Source: Verrucomicrobiota bacterium
GTDB lineage: Bacteria > Verrucomicrobiota > Verrucomicrobiia > Opitutales > Seribacteraceae
Direction: 5' to 3'
Length of the DNA: 64,000 bases
Assembly: GCA_027622665.1 (NCBI GenBank)
Contig: JAQBYT010000002.1
Coordinates: 288,001 to 352,000 of the forward strand
This document shows positions 51,290-63,214 of the stretch, piece by piece. Below the pieces are notes generated by a model that saw nothing but the letters and a program-made list of their open reading frames with translations, had not been told where the DNA came from and made no database searches. A program made the position numbers and the translations under genes. Each line of letters begins with the position of its first letter. The stretch's first letter is position 1.

Positions 51290-53221
51290 TTAAATGTGCT
51301 CTTCAGCTTTAAGTGCTGCCGTAATGTAGCGCTGCTTGGGATGCGTTTTTATATTGGGGTGTTCTGCTAGCAGTTTCTGCTCTCCAAGCATGACGCGGAT
51401 GAAATTCTTACGCAAAGTATCTGGATCTCGCTTCAGCAACTCCGCCAGCTCAGCCAGCGATAAATAGCGACCTTGGCACAATTGTAGGATTGTGCTCTCA
51501 ACCAAGATCTTTGTCGCACGCTGCGCACTCGCAACTGGTTCCGCAATTGAGCGCAAAGCTTCGATATGCTCCTGAAGCACCTCACTATGCCCAGAGCTCG
51601 GCTCCTTAGACCCAGAGCTCGGCTCCTTATGCCCAGAGCTCTCCCTTTTCGCTTCCGCTTGATCACCAAAGACATTCAGCCCGAAAACCTCCTTAGCCCC
51701 AGAGTTCTCGATGGGATGCGCTCCGGGTAAAAAGTAAAAGGTTCCGACCCCATTGCCCTCACTTTGCAGATACTGCTTTGCCACTAAACCATGCAAGCTG
51801 TTAGTTAAGTCGCTGGGGTGCTCCTTGGTCAGCTCAGTCAGGCGCGTATGGCTAATGCAGCCTTCGGCATGCGCAGTGACTAAGGCAATGCGTTCAGGTT
51901 GAGACAAGGCGTCAAACGACTCACCAATCCGGTCCTGAAGATACTCGATGGATGCTTCAGGCATCAGGCTGACCATGCGCAGGGCTAAAATCGTCTGGTC
52001 CGTCTCGATACGCTCCTCAATGTCGGGCACACGCCAATGCTGCCCTGCCCAATTTTTATAGATCTTAGGGAAGCCGAAGCCTGATTGTTCGCCTAGGCCG
52101 ATGAGTTGAAACATCTTTTGCAGGTTTCGATTGCGACAGTCACTCGTGCCCCCGCGAATCGCCTCTTTTAAGGGCACACGCAGAGTTCCAGGATTGCGAA
52201 AGCCAAATAAGTCAGGCCGTTTCACAATAAGAATCGAACAATTACTCGTATAGTCGGCATGAATCAACGTGTTCACCAGCGCCTCGCGCAACGCTTCATG
52301 CACGGGTGTATCTTCGATGCGTTGATCTCCCTTTAGGGCAAACGGAACTTTTAGATCGCTCGTCAGTTTCGCATACACGCTACGGTAAAAGTCATAGAGG
52401 TTGCCCGACCATGAGAAGTCAGTCGTTAAGCGGTCAATCCAGCGAGCCTCCTTAACCGCTCGCGGGCGCTCCTGATAGTCCACCACGTAACGCGGGATCG
52501 CATCCAGTATCGAACGCAATTTTCCGAACATCAGCAGCCCCGCAATGGTCAGTCCCGACTTCCCGGTTTGGCGGTCAGTCGCATAGCCGCCGAGCTGTTC
52601 GAGATATTCCACCGCATCCAAGTTATTTAAGACATGGGCAGGCTGACGGTTTGCGAAGTTCTGGCGGTAAATACGCAGCGTCTCCATATCGACATCCGAG
52701 ATGCTAAAGCCCTCTAAGATCGTGCTATCCTGAGTGTCACGCACACGCTCGCCCAACATTTTCTCCACGACCTCACGCGGGCAGCGATAATCACCCTCAT
52801 TATTTCTTCGGTAAGTGCCAATCAGCGGATTCTTGCCGAGATGAACCGGGCGCGCCTTGCGGTCGGCTCGCGGCACTGTGACCAATACCATAGTAAACTC
52901 ATCAATCTTCAGGCGCTTAATCGACTTATCCGACAGCAAGTTCACACTCACAATTTGTGGATTATTCGCCTGATCGAATAGCGTCTGAATCACCTTCTCA
53001 TGTTCAGGAACGCCGACAAATTCAGGCCCATCGGTGGTCTCTTTGATGCCCATTGCGATAATCCCTCCCTCTGTGTTCGCCATTGCAGAGTAACTCTCCC
53101 AAAACGATTGTGGCAGCTTGCCTTTGCCATCGCGGCCATGCGCCGTCTTCAATTCTAAATCAACCTGCTCGTTCAAGTTCTTTAGGTCAAAGAAATCGTC
53201 TTCTAAGTTTAGGTCTACCAT
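51290..53221 (-). CDS. Schlafen/AlbA_2 domain + RecG-C-like HATPase + wHTH protein
   Basis: LELK, SAMANTEGG, ALREALVN.LIHADY, RNPG, RNRNL, EQSGFGF. Confidence 0.85.
   Translation of the reverse strand: MVDLNLEDDFFDLKNLNEQVDLELKTAHGRDGKGKLPQSFWESYSAMANTEGGIIAMGIKETTDGPEFVGVPEHEKVIQTLFDQANNPQIVSVNLLSDKSIKRLKIDEFTMVLVTVPRADRKARPVHLGKNPLIGTYRRNNEGDYRCPREVVEKMLGERVRDTQDSTILEGFSISDVDMETLRIYRQNFANRQPAHVLNNLDAVEYLEQLGGYATDRQTGKSGLTIAGLLMFGKLRSILDAIPRYVVDYQERPRAVKEARWIDRLTTDFSWSGNLYDFYRSVYAKLTSDLKVPFALKGDQRIEDTPVHEALREALVNTLIHADYTSNCSILIVKRPDLFGFRNPGTLRVPLKEAIRGGTSDCRNRNLQKMFQLIGLGEQSGFGFPKIYKNWAGQHWRVPDIEERIETDQTILALRMVSLMPEASIEYLQDRIGESFDALSQPERIALVTAHAEGCISHTRLTELTKEHPSDLTNSLHGLVAKQYLQSEGNGVGTFYFLPGAHPIENSGAKEVFGLNVFGDQAEAKRESSGHKEPSSGSKEPSSGHSEVLQEHIEALRSIAEPVASAQRATKILVESTILQLCQGRYLSLAELAELLKRDPDTLRKNFIRVMLGEQKLLAEHPNIKTHPKQRYITAALKAEEHI
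51587..51641. repeat. In-frame 21-bp tandem repeat (~2.6 copies)
   Basis: (atg/aga)cccagagctcggctcctt units encoding SSG(H/S)KEP. Confidence 0.9.
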
Positions 53222-53249
53222 GATTCTAATGTGATTTGAGGATTGAAAG

Positions 53250-54173
53250 CTATGAAGCCTCGTAGGCACGTTCCAATAACGGCAAGGCTCGTTTCAAGTC
53301 ATCCTGAGTGCGTAGGACGATCTCCAAGTCACCCGTGCCCCAATGGCCGATGTTGCGCACGTCGCGGGTGAAGCCTTCTTCTAGTGTCACGGTGTCGGGG
53401 TTGACCTTCACGTATAGAAACAGCTTTCCGGCGTTCGGTCGGACTTCCACTGTGACGAAATTCTTCAGACGCTTAAAAGCCGCATAGAGTTTTAACTTCT
53501 TGAACTGAACGTCGTCCCCAAAGCCGAGACAAGTGGCCTTCACCGCCTCGAAGAGATCAAGTAGTTGCTCATCAGCGAGTGCCAGTTGCTCCTCGATGGT
53601 TTTGTCCCCCGACTTCGCTTTACCTTTGATTACCGAGCCCGATGTTTTCTCCTCCCAGTCGGAACTGGCTTGAACCGCATTAACAAGTTCCAGTAGGAGA
53701 AACTCATCGTCGAAGCGCAGATAACGGAGCAGCTCGATGTTACGGTTAATCTGCTTCACGGCGTGCCCGTCGTATTTCGTGAAATCACCTGCCAAACAGA
53801 GCAGACGCGGACTGGACCATTCGATGGAGTCCGCGACTTTCTGTCCAAGGCTTTTCAAAACCAGCAACTCAAACTCCCCACGGTGGTCGAGTAGCCAGTC
53901 TAAGTAGAACAGGCCCTGATTGATCACATTCTCATTACTCGCCCGCTTATACTCAATAATACAGGGGCAGCCATTTTCATCAATTCCCAGCGTGTCGATC
54001 CGGCCACCGTGCGTTTTCCCAGTGGAATACTCACTCGCCAGAAAACGGATACCAAGAAATGTTTCCAAGTGCTGCTCGATCAGCAATTGAAGTGATTTTT
54101 CTAAGGCGACCGACTTGCCCTCTAGCAGGCTCACATCGTTCCCGTCTGAGCGAAATAATTTAATGTCACTCAT
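53250..54173 (-). CDS. NucS/DUF91-like PD-(D/E)xK endonuclease with C-terminal DUF5655
   Basis: GRIDTLGIDE, IIEYK, NQGLFY; C-terminal RDVRNIGHWGTGDLE. Confidence 0.85.
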   Translation of the reverse strand: MSDIKLFRSDGNDVSLLEGKSVALEKSLQLLIEQHLETFLGIRFLASEYSTGKTHGGRIDTLGIDENGCPCIIEYKRASNENVINQGLFYLDWLLDHRGEFELLVLKSLGQKVADSIEWSSPRLLCLAGDFTKYDGHAVKQINRNIELLRYLRFDDEFLLLELVNAVQASSDWEEKTSGSVIKGKAKSGDKTIEEQLALADEQLLDLFEAVKATCLGFGDDVQFKKLKLYAAFKRLKNFVTVEVRPNAGKLFLYVKVNPDTVTLEEGFTRDVRNIGHWGTGDLEIVLRTQDDLKRALPLLERAYEAS

Positions 54174-54183
54174 AAATTGCCCT

Positions 54184-55278
54184 TTATTTCTTCCATGCAA
54201 ATTTAGTGCGCAGTCGAGCCGCCGGCTCGGCGTATGCGATCTGCTTTTCACGCAGTAAACGACCGCTGACGATACCGGGGTGAATGCCGACGCTCTCTGC
54301 GAAGTCACGTACTGCAGGAGAAGTGAAACGCGGTGTCTTTGTCACGAAGCTTTCAAACTCCGCAGATGGGATCAGCAATTCACCTGCGAAGCGATTTGCT
54401 TCCTCCTCGCGTGCGGCATCCGCATTATCCGCCTTCTCACCTTCGAGGAAGATACTCTTCTTGCGCTGCTGTAATACGTGCTTCGCCTCATGAAAGAAGG
54501 TGAACCAAAAGTTGTCGTTCGTTTTAAATAGCAATGACTGCTGGATCATTGGGCGCTTTTGGAACCAACGCATGACGCCTGACACCCCTAAGCCCGGTAA
54601 TTCAGGCACGAGCTGATAAATGACGCCCGCACTTGCGCACAGCGCCTGCATCTTGGGATAGAACTCCGTCACGGAATCGGTGGTAAAGGTGCGCATTTCG
54701 ACCAGCGCCTCTTGAAAGCGCTTGGCATCGAACTCGGCGGTCTCTGTCTGATTGGCTCTCAACTCACCCTGACGCAACCAACTGGCAATACCTGCCAACT
54801 TCACATCCACATGGGGCGACTTGCGATACGACAGCTCTAAGTGCATCTCGGCGTAGCAACTTTGCCACTGCTGCGGCGTCGCCACACCGAAGTAGCGCAG
54901 CAAGTGCATGGCTTTTTCTTCAGCTTTACTGGCTGCTTCGATAAAACCATGCTTCACCATCGACGGATACGGGAATGTGCGTGCCCAGTCGGCATATTCA
55001 GCCAACTGCTTGGCCTCTTCTTGACGAGCCAAGTGCTCGCGGTAATTCGCCTCCATATTCAACCAGAAGCGCGCAGGCACCCGTAGCACCTTCTCCAAGG
55101 CAAGTGCGGTCTTATGTGTTATCGGCTGAGTGCCGTTGATAATCAGATTGATCGTCTTCTTATCGAGGCCAATACGCTCCGCCAGCTCCACTTGCGACAT
55201 GCCCAAGCCTTCAAGGCTGTCCAGCAGCGTCTCACCTGGAGCGGTGGCGAAGTCTTCGATCTGTGTATTAGTTGCCAT
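54184..55278 (-). CDS. higA: HigA-type Xre antitoxin fused to ImmA/IrrE (DUF955) metallopeptidase
   Basis: PGETL...MSQVELAER HTH, FWLNME; FHEAKH (HExxH) and EEEANRFA. Confidence 0.85.
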   Translation of the reverse strand: MATNTQIEDFATAPGETLLDSLEGLGMSQVELAERIGLDKKTINLIINGTQPITHKTALALEKVLRVPARFWLNMEANYREHLARQEEAKQLAEYADWARTFPYPSMVKHGFIEAASKAEEKAMHLLRYFGVATPQQWQSCYAEMHLELSYRKSPHVDVKLAGIASWLRQGELRANQTETAEFDAKRFQEALVEMRTFTTDSVTEFYPKMQALCASAGVIYQLVPELPGLGVSGVMRWFQKRPMIQQSLLFKTNDNFWFTFFHEAKHVLQQRKKSIFLEGEKADNADAAREEEANRFAGELLIPSAEFESFVTKTPRFTSPAVRDFAESVGIHPGIVSGRLLREKQIAYAEPAARLRTKFAWKK

Positions 55279-55621
55279 GGTAATCGGTGATTTCGGTAAT
55301 TTCTACTATTGTGATCGCATTCCAGTCCCAGCCGCCATCGGCCTTGCGCGGTTCGGGGTCGTCCATCGGGATAAAAATCAAGCGATGATTGCCGCTCAGG
55401 TTCGCTGCGAACTGTCCTTTAAGGTTGCCAGTGAGTTCATGAATGCCCGCTTGGGGGAGATAACGAAGGTCTTCGAGGCAAGTGGCCGCTAAGAGTTCGG
55501 AGATGCGCTTTTCAAAATTCTTTGCCCGAACGGTACCCAGCTCCTTCTGACGCGTCGCAGCTTTGCTCGCGATCTGCTGAAGCTTATTCGTTCGATATGT
55601 GATTTTCATTAAATTATTCAA
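55268..55621 (-). CDS. higB: HigB/RelE-like toxin (plasmid-maintenance killer type)
   Basis: HELTGNLKGQFA..L...RLIF, EITDYH; overlaps higA and precedes it. Confidence 0.8.
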   Translation of the reverse strand: MNNLMKITYRTNKLQQIASKAATRQKELGTVRAKNFEKRISELLAATCLEDLRYLPQAGIHELTGNLKGQFAANLSGNHRLIFIPMDDPEPRKADGGWDWNAITIVEITEITDYHGN

Positions 55622-55693
55622 TATACCTAAAATGTAAACAACTTTATTTCATCAAGCATCCGCAAGGCAATTTCACCCTTCAAGTTTCACACT

Positions 55694-57036
55694 TCACTCT
55701 TCTGTGCCTCCGGCACATGCAGGCTCCCAGTCACGCACGTCGATCTTGCCCGTCACGGCGGCGGAAATTAGGGCGGTGCGGCGTTCTTGCATTAGTTCGA
55801 TGGCCGATTCAGCCTTGGAAATTAATAATAAAAAGTGGTCAACGATTGTGAAAATATGATCAACGATTTGCCTTTGCTCTTCATGTGGAGGAACAACCAA
55901 TTTCGTTTTCACAAGGTCAGAAACCTTAACATTATCAATAGTGCTCGATTTATTGGTAGCACTAATCGCCTCCTTGAATACTTCCGAAGACAGTAAAAAC
56001 ATGAAGAATTTCGGATCAACATCTAGTTGGCACCTAAATCCAACTACATTCTGAGCTATAAAAAAATCAGGTTCTGGTGGAACCAAGCACGTCTTCCCAA
56101 AGGTTGCCCCTACTGTTACGAATAAAACGTCATTTTCTTTTACATCAGACCGAACAAATTGCTCATAAGATCCCTGAGTGATAAACTTGCTGTAACTCTT
56201 AGAAGTATAAAAGCCATCACCAGCAACCTGACTAACCTCACACATCGGAATTCCACTATCCGTTACGGGGGGGGTTCTGCCTCTATTATCAACAGTGTGA
56301 GCTATCAAATAATTCAAGGATTTACGGCTCCAATGTTCCGGCACTAGACCGAGCCACTCGACGCCGGAGTCCTTCATTCGGGCATCGGGGTTGAGGCCCT
56401 TGGTCACGGCATGGCTAATCACGGCCTGCCGTTTTTCTTTGAGCAGCGCAATCAACGCCTGCTGCTTCTCAATCAAGGCATCGATCTTCCCCGTCTCATG
56501 GTCGAGGAAGCGCGCGATCTGCTTTTGTTCGGGGAGGGTTGGTAGTGCTAATGGTAAACTAGAAAATTCATTATACCTAAATTCGGTAGAGCGTTCACGA
56601 ATGCCTTTTGCAAGCGAAGTGATGTAGTCAGTTACGGCCAACTGGCGAACCAAGTAGCCATAGTATCGCATGTATATTTCAGACTCATCATGTGCAATGC
56701 AAACAGAGCAAACAGGGGAGCACTTTCCATCAGAATCACTGATGCCAATAGCTCCCGCAAAGCCATCCATAGCGTGAACTAGAAGATCACCCTGACGAAC
56801 TCCTTGGTATCCGATTTCTTTTACCGCATTTGTAAACCCCTCAACTCTGCGTTTAAAACGTAAAGTCACTTCACCATCTCTAAAGGCAGTTACGATTCCA
56901 TCTGAAACTAAAGGAGGCCGTTGAACTCGCTTGAACAAATACTTTGCTTTGCGCAAACACCACGCTTTAGGCATGTCACCTAACCACGCCACTCCCGAAT
57001 CCTTATACTCAGGATACGCTTTATATCGCCCAGCCA

Positions 57037-57037
<1 letters not shown>
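55694..57037 (-). CDS. hsdS: Type I R-M specificity subunit
   Basis: Repeated KDSGV.WLG..P..W, PTLPEQ/PPHEEQ, ISHAVTKG/ISAAVTGK; two AT-richer TRDs. Confidence 0.95.
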
Positions 57038-59346
<2,309 letters not shown>

Positions 59347-59531
59347 GGAGTTGTAGGAGGGAGATCGTTATGGACTGCTTTAGGATTATGGAGGGAAGAC
59401 TAATTAATGAGGTTTTTCAAAAACTTGGATAGTTTGTTTAGTTCAACCCGCAAAGAAGAAAAGTAAAAGACAGGTGCCAAGAGCCAAGACGTCACTCTTC
59501 ACGTCGTCGCTGATGTTTCTTTCTGTTGCCC

Positions 59532-59566
59532 CAAACAGTATGTACGAAATCCGTACATACTGTTTG
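59532..59566. promoter_or_regulatory. Perfect 15-bp inverted repeat (candidate operator or recombination site) upstream of hsdM
   Basis: CAAACAGTATGTACG-AAATC-CGTACATACTGTTTG. Confidence 0.55.
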
Positions 59567-59708
59567 ATATGTTTGTGATATAGGTTGTAACCGCTGAATA
59601 GATGGCGATAGCACCCACTATCCCACAACCGCCAAAACCGCCTGCTTCAACTCGTCACTTAGATCACCCCATCTTTCGACGATCTGCGACACCATGCGAC
59701 GATGAAAA

Positions 59709-59977
59709 CGCCCTCTGCGCGCGTAGTAGCAGAGTGCGCTAGACCCCGAGACCTACATGGTTCGCCTGCTCGCCAAGGGCGCTAACCCTCTAACCACAAG
59801 GGCTAGAGGCCTAGCAAAGGAGGCGAGCGCACTCGCGCAGTGCGTCTATTTCGTAAACTTGCTGTGGTGTCCAGCGATCAAAGGGATGATCGTGGCACTG
59901 AGCGCAGTCCTGCTCCGGATTAAGTCGAAAAATCGACTTCCGGTGGCAGGCTTTTCGGGTCTCAAGTGATACCCGAA
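59709..59977. other. Cluster of stem-loops (candidate structured ncRNA or single-strand DNA origin)
   Basis: At least six hairpins, e.g. GCTCGCC..GGCGAGC, CGCACT/AGTGCG, CGATCA/TGATCG, AAGTCGA-AAAA-TCGACTT, TTCGGGT/ACCCGAA. Confidence 0.45.
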
Positions 59978-60086
59978 TGGTTAGTCTCTCAAGCTTTACT
60001 TCTGGACTTCCACCTTGATCGAATCCCAGTCGGCGAAGTTGCTGTCGATCCCGACTATGCGGACGTTCTGGGTGCCGGATGTGGCG
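59973..60086 (-). repeat. Direct repeat C1: 3' half of the small gene at 61276-61437
   Basis: ~114 bp, about 10 differences versus 61254-61366; last 36 bp identical. Confidence 0.93.
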
Positions 60087-60131
60087 AATTTACGTTGAAA
60101 TTAATAAATCGTCGTGCGATGGTATATTGAA

Positions 60132-60674
60132 ATGAAAAGTTTGTCCAAACAGGAGGTTCTTGCATCCTTGGCGAGACTGGGGGAATTGGCGGAGGAACGC
60201 GAAATCGCCTTGGATCTTTGCGTGTATGGTGGATGTGCGATGATGCTTGCCTTTGATCGACGAGCGATCACTCGAGACGTCGATGCCGTGTTTCACCCGA
60301 CCGAAAAGGTTATCCCCCTTATCAAGCAAGTGGCGTCCGAGCAGGGGTTGCCTGAGGACTGGTTGAATGACGACGTCCGCCAATTTCTCGCGACCAAGGA
60401 ATCACTTCGCGAACTGCCGATCGATTTGCCGGGAGTGCGACTGACGGCGCCAACGGCGGGGTACCTTTTGGCGATGAAGGCCTTGGCTTGCCGAAGAGCC
60501 TTGCCCGGGTACAAGGGCGACGAGGAGGACCTTCGCTTTTTGATTCGGAAATTGGAAATATCCTCGATCAAGGATATCCAGAAACATATCGACAAATACT
60601 ATCCGGATGATGCACCGAACGAATCGGGCAGGGCTTTGTTGAACCAGATAATCGAGGAGGAGAGCAAGGGATGA
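60132..60674 (+). CDS. Nucleotidyltransferase (DUF6036/AbiEii-like), putative toxin
   Basis: VYGG.AM...R..TRDVDAV (GG..DxD), WLNDD, LLAMKALA.R, D.EDL. Confidence 0.8.
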   Translation: MKSLSKQEVLASLARLGELAEEREIALDLCVYGGCAMMLAFDRRAITRDVDAVFHPTEKVIPLIKQVASEQGLPEDWLNDDVRQFLATKESLRELPIDLPGVRLTAPTAGYLLAMKALACRRALPGYKGDEEDLRFLIRKLEISSIKDIQKHIDKYYPDDAPNESGRALLNQIIEEESKG

Positions 60675-61198
60675 GCTCGAGAGTGGAGAGACCGCAAACT
60701 ATGCTGCAAGTGGCCGAGCAATCCGAAAGCCTTGAGGAATTCGGCTTTTTGCTTCGGGATTGGATACACTTCCTGACACGCGGAGACGTGAGCAATCGGC
60801 CGGCCTTTGTCAGGGCTATTGCCGAGGAACCGACCATTCTGGCGAAGAAGTTCGAACAGGGGGAGGTGGCGGATGCTTATTTGGCCGCTTATGCGGAGTG
60901 GATCGCCGACCGTGTGCGGGTGGAACGCCCTGCATGGGTCTTGGGTAAGAACCGTGTGCTGCAGGAGCCGTGGTTTGCAGATGAGGCCCGAGCCTCCTTG
61001 CTTGTATTGGCTCCTGCTTCGTTTCGCCAACGCGGAGTGTATACGGTGCCCGAGGAAGTGGCGCCCTTGCGCCGGGGGCGTCCCCGAGTGAGCGAAGACC
61101 GGAAGCGAGCGAAGGCGCGAGCGCGGGATCGTCGTTACCGAGAAAACATTCGGACGAAGCTGAGGAAGTTGAAAGAACTCGAAAGCAGGCTTGCCTAA
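60671..61198 (+). CDS. Partner of the nucleotidyltransferase (putative antitoxin) with C-terminal AT-hook-like/basic tail
   Basis: ATGA overlap; DAYLAAYAE..P.W...EPWF...P.SFR.RG motif; RRGRPR and a Lys/Arg-rich helix. Confidence 0.7.
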   Translation: MSSRVERPQTMLQVAEQSESLEEFGFLLRDWIHFLTRGDVSNRPAFVRAIAEEPTILAKKFEQGEVADAYLAAYAEWIADRVRVERPAWVLGKNRVLQEPWFADEARASLLVLAPASFRQRGVYTVPEEVAPLRRGRPRVSEDRKRAKARARDRRYRENIRTKLRKLKELESRLA

Positions 61199-61275
61199 GA
61201 TATTCCGTTCTCGACGCTCTGAGAACTTACTGCCTCTTGGCGTTTGGGGATAACCGAATGGTTAGTCTCCCGTCT

Positions 61276-61437
61276 TTACTTTTGGACTTGCACCTTGATG
61301 GGATCCCAGTCGGAGAAGTTGCTGTCGATGCCGACTATGCGGACGTTCTGGGTGCCGGATGTGGCGCCGATGGCGAGGAGGAGGGTGGTGGCGAGAAGGA
61401 ATCCGATGAGGAGGCTCTTGAAGTCTATGGTTTTCAT
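61276..61437 (-). CDS. Small 53-aa membrane or secreted protein (not in ORF track)
   Basis: MKTIDFKSLLIGFLLATTLLLAIGATSGTQNVRIVGIDSNFSDWDPIKVQVQK*; the duplicate copy keeps the same frame and stop. Confidence 0.7.
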   Translation of the reverse strand: MKTIDFKSLLIGFLLATTLLLAIGATSGTQNVRIVGIDSNFSDWDPIKVQVQK

Positions 61438-61488
61438 GCCTGCACTATCGCCGCCTAACCAGGAGCGGTCAAGTGGTTCGATTTCCGA

Positions 61489-62838
61489 CTAGAGCAATGC
61501 TTTGATCGGCTTTCCGGCAAAGAGAGGAAGGGGGCGACCGAGCTGGTCGTGGATCATGGTGCTTTCGGGCAATCCCATTGCGGAGTAAGCTGTGGCGAGA
61601 ACGTCGCCGGGAGTGCAGCCGTCGTTCTTGGGGTAGGCGGCGTGTCCATCGGATTCTCCGTGGATTCGGCCGCCTTTGACCCCGCCTCCGGCCATGAGGA
61701 CGCTGTAGCATTGAGGCCAATGGTCCCTGTGGTCGTTTGTCGGTGAACGGCCCATCTCGCCCATCCAGATGACGAGGGTGGTATCGAGTAAGCCGCGTTC
61801 GCGGAGGTCGATCAATAGGGAGGAGAGGGCGGAGTCGGTCTCCGGTAAATTCTTTTTTAGGGTGCCGTAGTTGTTGCTGTGTGTATCCCAACGGTCGTTG
61901 TTGATCCCGATGTTGTCGTTGATCATGACCGTTCGTACGCCGGATTCGACGAGGCGGCGGGCAAGAAGGTAACTCTGTCCGTATCGATTGCGTCCGTATC
62001 GGTCGCGTGATCGGTCGGGTTCGAGGTTCAGGTCGAAGGCTTGCTTGGCCTTGTCGGAACTAAGTAGGTGGTAGGCCTGCTCGTGAAAGGCGTTCAACGT
62101 TTTGGACTGGATCGACTCTCCCAGTTTGGCCAAGCGTTCCTCCAGGGAGGTTCTGAGCGACATCCGACCGTGTAAACGATTCATGTTGATGGAATCGTTT
62201 AGGGTAAGGTTTTTGATTTTGAATTCTTTTTGGGAAGGATCGCCTTCCACTAAAAAGGGGTCGTGAGATCCTCCGATGAAGCCCGCATGCTGCCCGGGTT
62301 GGATATTGCCAACGTCGTAGCACAGCTGTGGGGCAAGTACGTATGAGGGCAAGGTCTCCGGGGCGGGTCTGAACTGGCTCAATACCGAACCCAAGGCCGG
62401 ATGGTGCGAAGGGGTGGGGGTGATGTTGAGCGTGGATTTCGGTGGCTTGTGTCCGGTTAGGGCCCAGTAGGTTGCGGAGGGGTGCAGACCATCCGTATGC
62501 GATACGGTTCGGATTAGGGAAAAGTCTTTCGCCTGCTTGGCCAATTTCGGAAGCAACTCACAAATCTCCATGCCGGGAACTGCCGTCCGGATGGGGCGGA
62601 AAACCCCTCGGATATCAGCCGGCGCATCGGGCTTTAGGTCGAAGGTGTCCAACTGGCTGGGGCCTCCGCTGCAGAAAATAAGGATGCAGGATTTTTCCCG
62701 TTTGGGCGGGGCCTTGTCCGCAGCTTCAGCTTGCAGGATTTGCGGGAGCGTTAAACCGAGAGATCCGAAAGCCCCGACTTGTATGAAACGTCGGCGGCTC
62801 AATCGATCGGGTTGCAATGGATCTGATATGCTGAACAT
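61489..62838 (-). CDS. DUF1501 domain protein (Tat-like signal)
   Basis: SRRRF, GGPSQLDTFDLKP, LLARRLVESGV, WDTH, GEMGRSP, RDHW. Confidence 0.92.
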   Translation of the reverse strand: MFSISDPLQPDRLSRRRFIQVGAFGSLGLTLPQILQAEAADKAPPKREKSCILIFCSGGPSQLDTFDLKPDAPADIRGVFRPIRTAVPGMEICELLPKLAKQAKDFSLIRTVSHTDGLHPSATYWALTGHKPPKSTLNITPTPSHHPALGSVLSQFRPAPETLPSYVLAPQLCYDVGNIQPGQHAGFIGGSHDPFLVEGDPSQKEFKIKNLTLNDSINMNRLHGRMSLRTSLEERLAKLGESIQSKTLNAFHEQAYHLLSSDKAKQAFDLNLEPDRSRDRYGRNRYGQSYLLARRLVESGVRTVMINDNIGINNDRWDTHSNNYGTLKKNLPETDSALSSLLIDLRERGLLDTTLVIWMGEMGRSPTNDHRDHWPQCYSVLMAGGGVKGGRIHGESDGHAAYPKNDGCTPGDVLATAYSAMGLPESTMIHDQLGRPLPLFAGKPIKALL

Positions 62839-63003
62839 CGCTTGTCATCTAGTTGCGAGAGGTGACTATAGTCAAACTTCAAGCAGTACCTGAAGAACTT
62901 TTTATCTAGAAGGGTTTGGCTTTGGGAAGGTCCATAGTGCGAGGTGTTCCCGATCCTTTACGAGGATGCCGCTTTTGAGTAGTTCGGGCGGGGGCTAGGT
63001 TGA

Positions 63004-63214
63004 CGTCTGCCTTGGTGATGGATTGGTTATGCCCAAGCTTGGTGCCGACTGAATTAAAGATGTCTTTTCGGGCGAGCTTTTACTCGACCATGAAATGAAA
63101 AGTCCGTCCGTTCCGAATGGTCCTACCGTTACTTCCTCGTCAAAGACGACTCGACTGCCCGCGCTCTCGAAATCTACGGTCTTCAAATCGTCAAGGGGAA
63201 GGGGGTTGTTGCAT
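63004..63214 (+). pseudogene. Degenerate copy of the GIY-YIG gene 3' half (46657-46873)
   Basis: Co-linear by eye (roughly 80% identity), same orientation, with an in-frame TGA and a 1-bp deletion. Confidence 0.85.

Noticed and set aside
59663..59785. Peptide FDDLRHHAT resembling the integrase HxLRH box
   Set aside because: Short, flanked by stops, first His absent, and no downstream LGH/Y motif
61237..61492. Plus-strand ORFs of 73 and 82 aa over repeat C2
   Set aside because: The minus-strand 53-aa ORF has ATG, a hydrophobic helix and a stop conserved in both copies, so it is the better call
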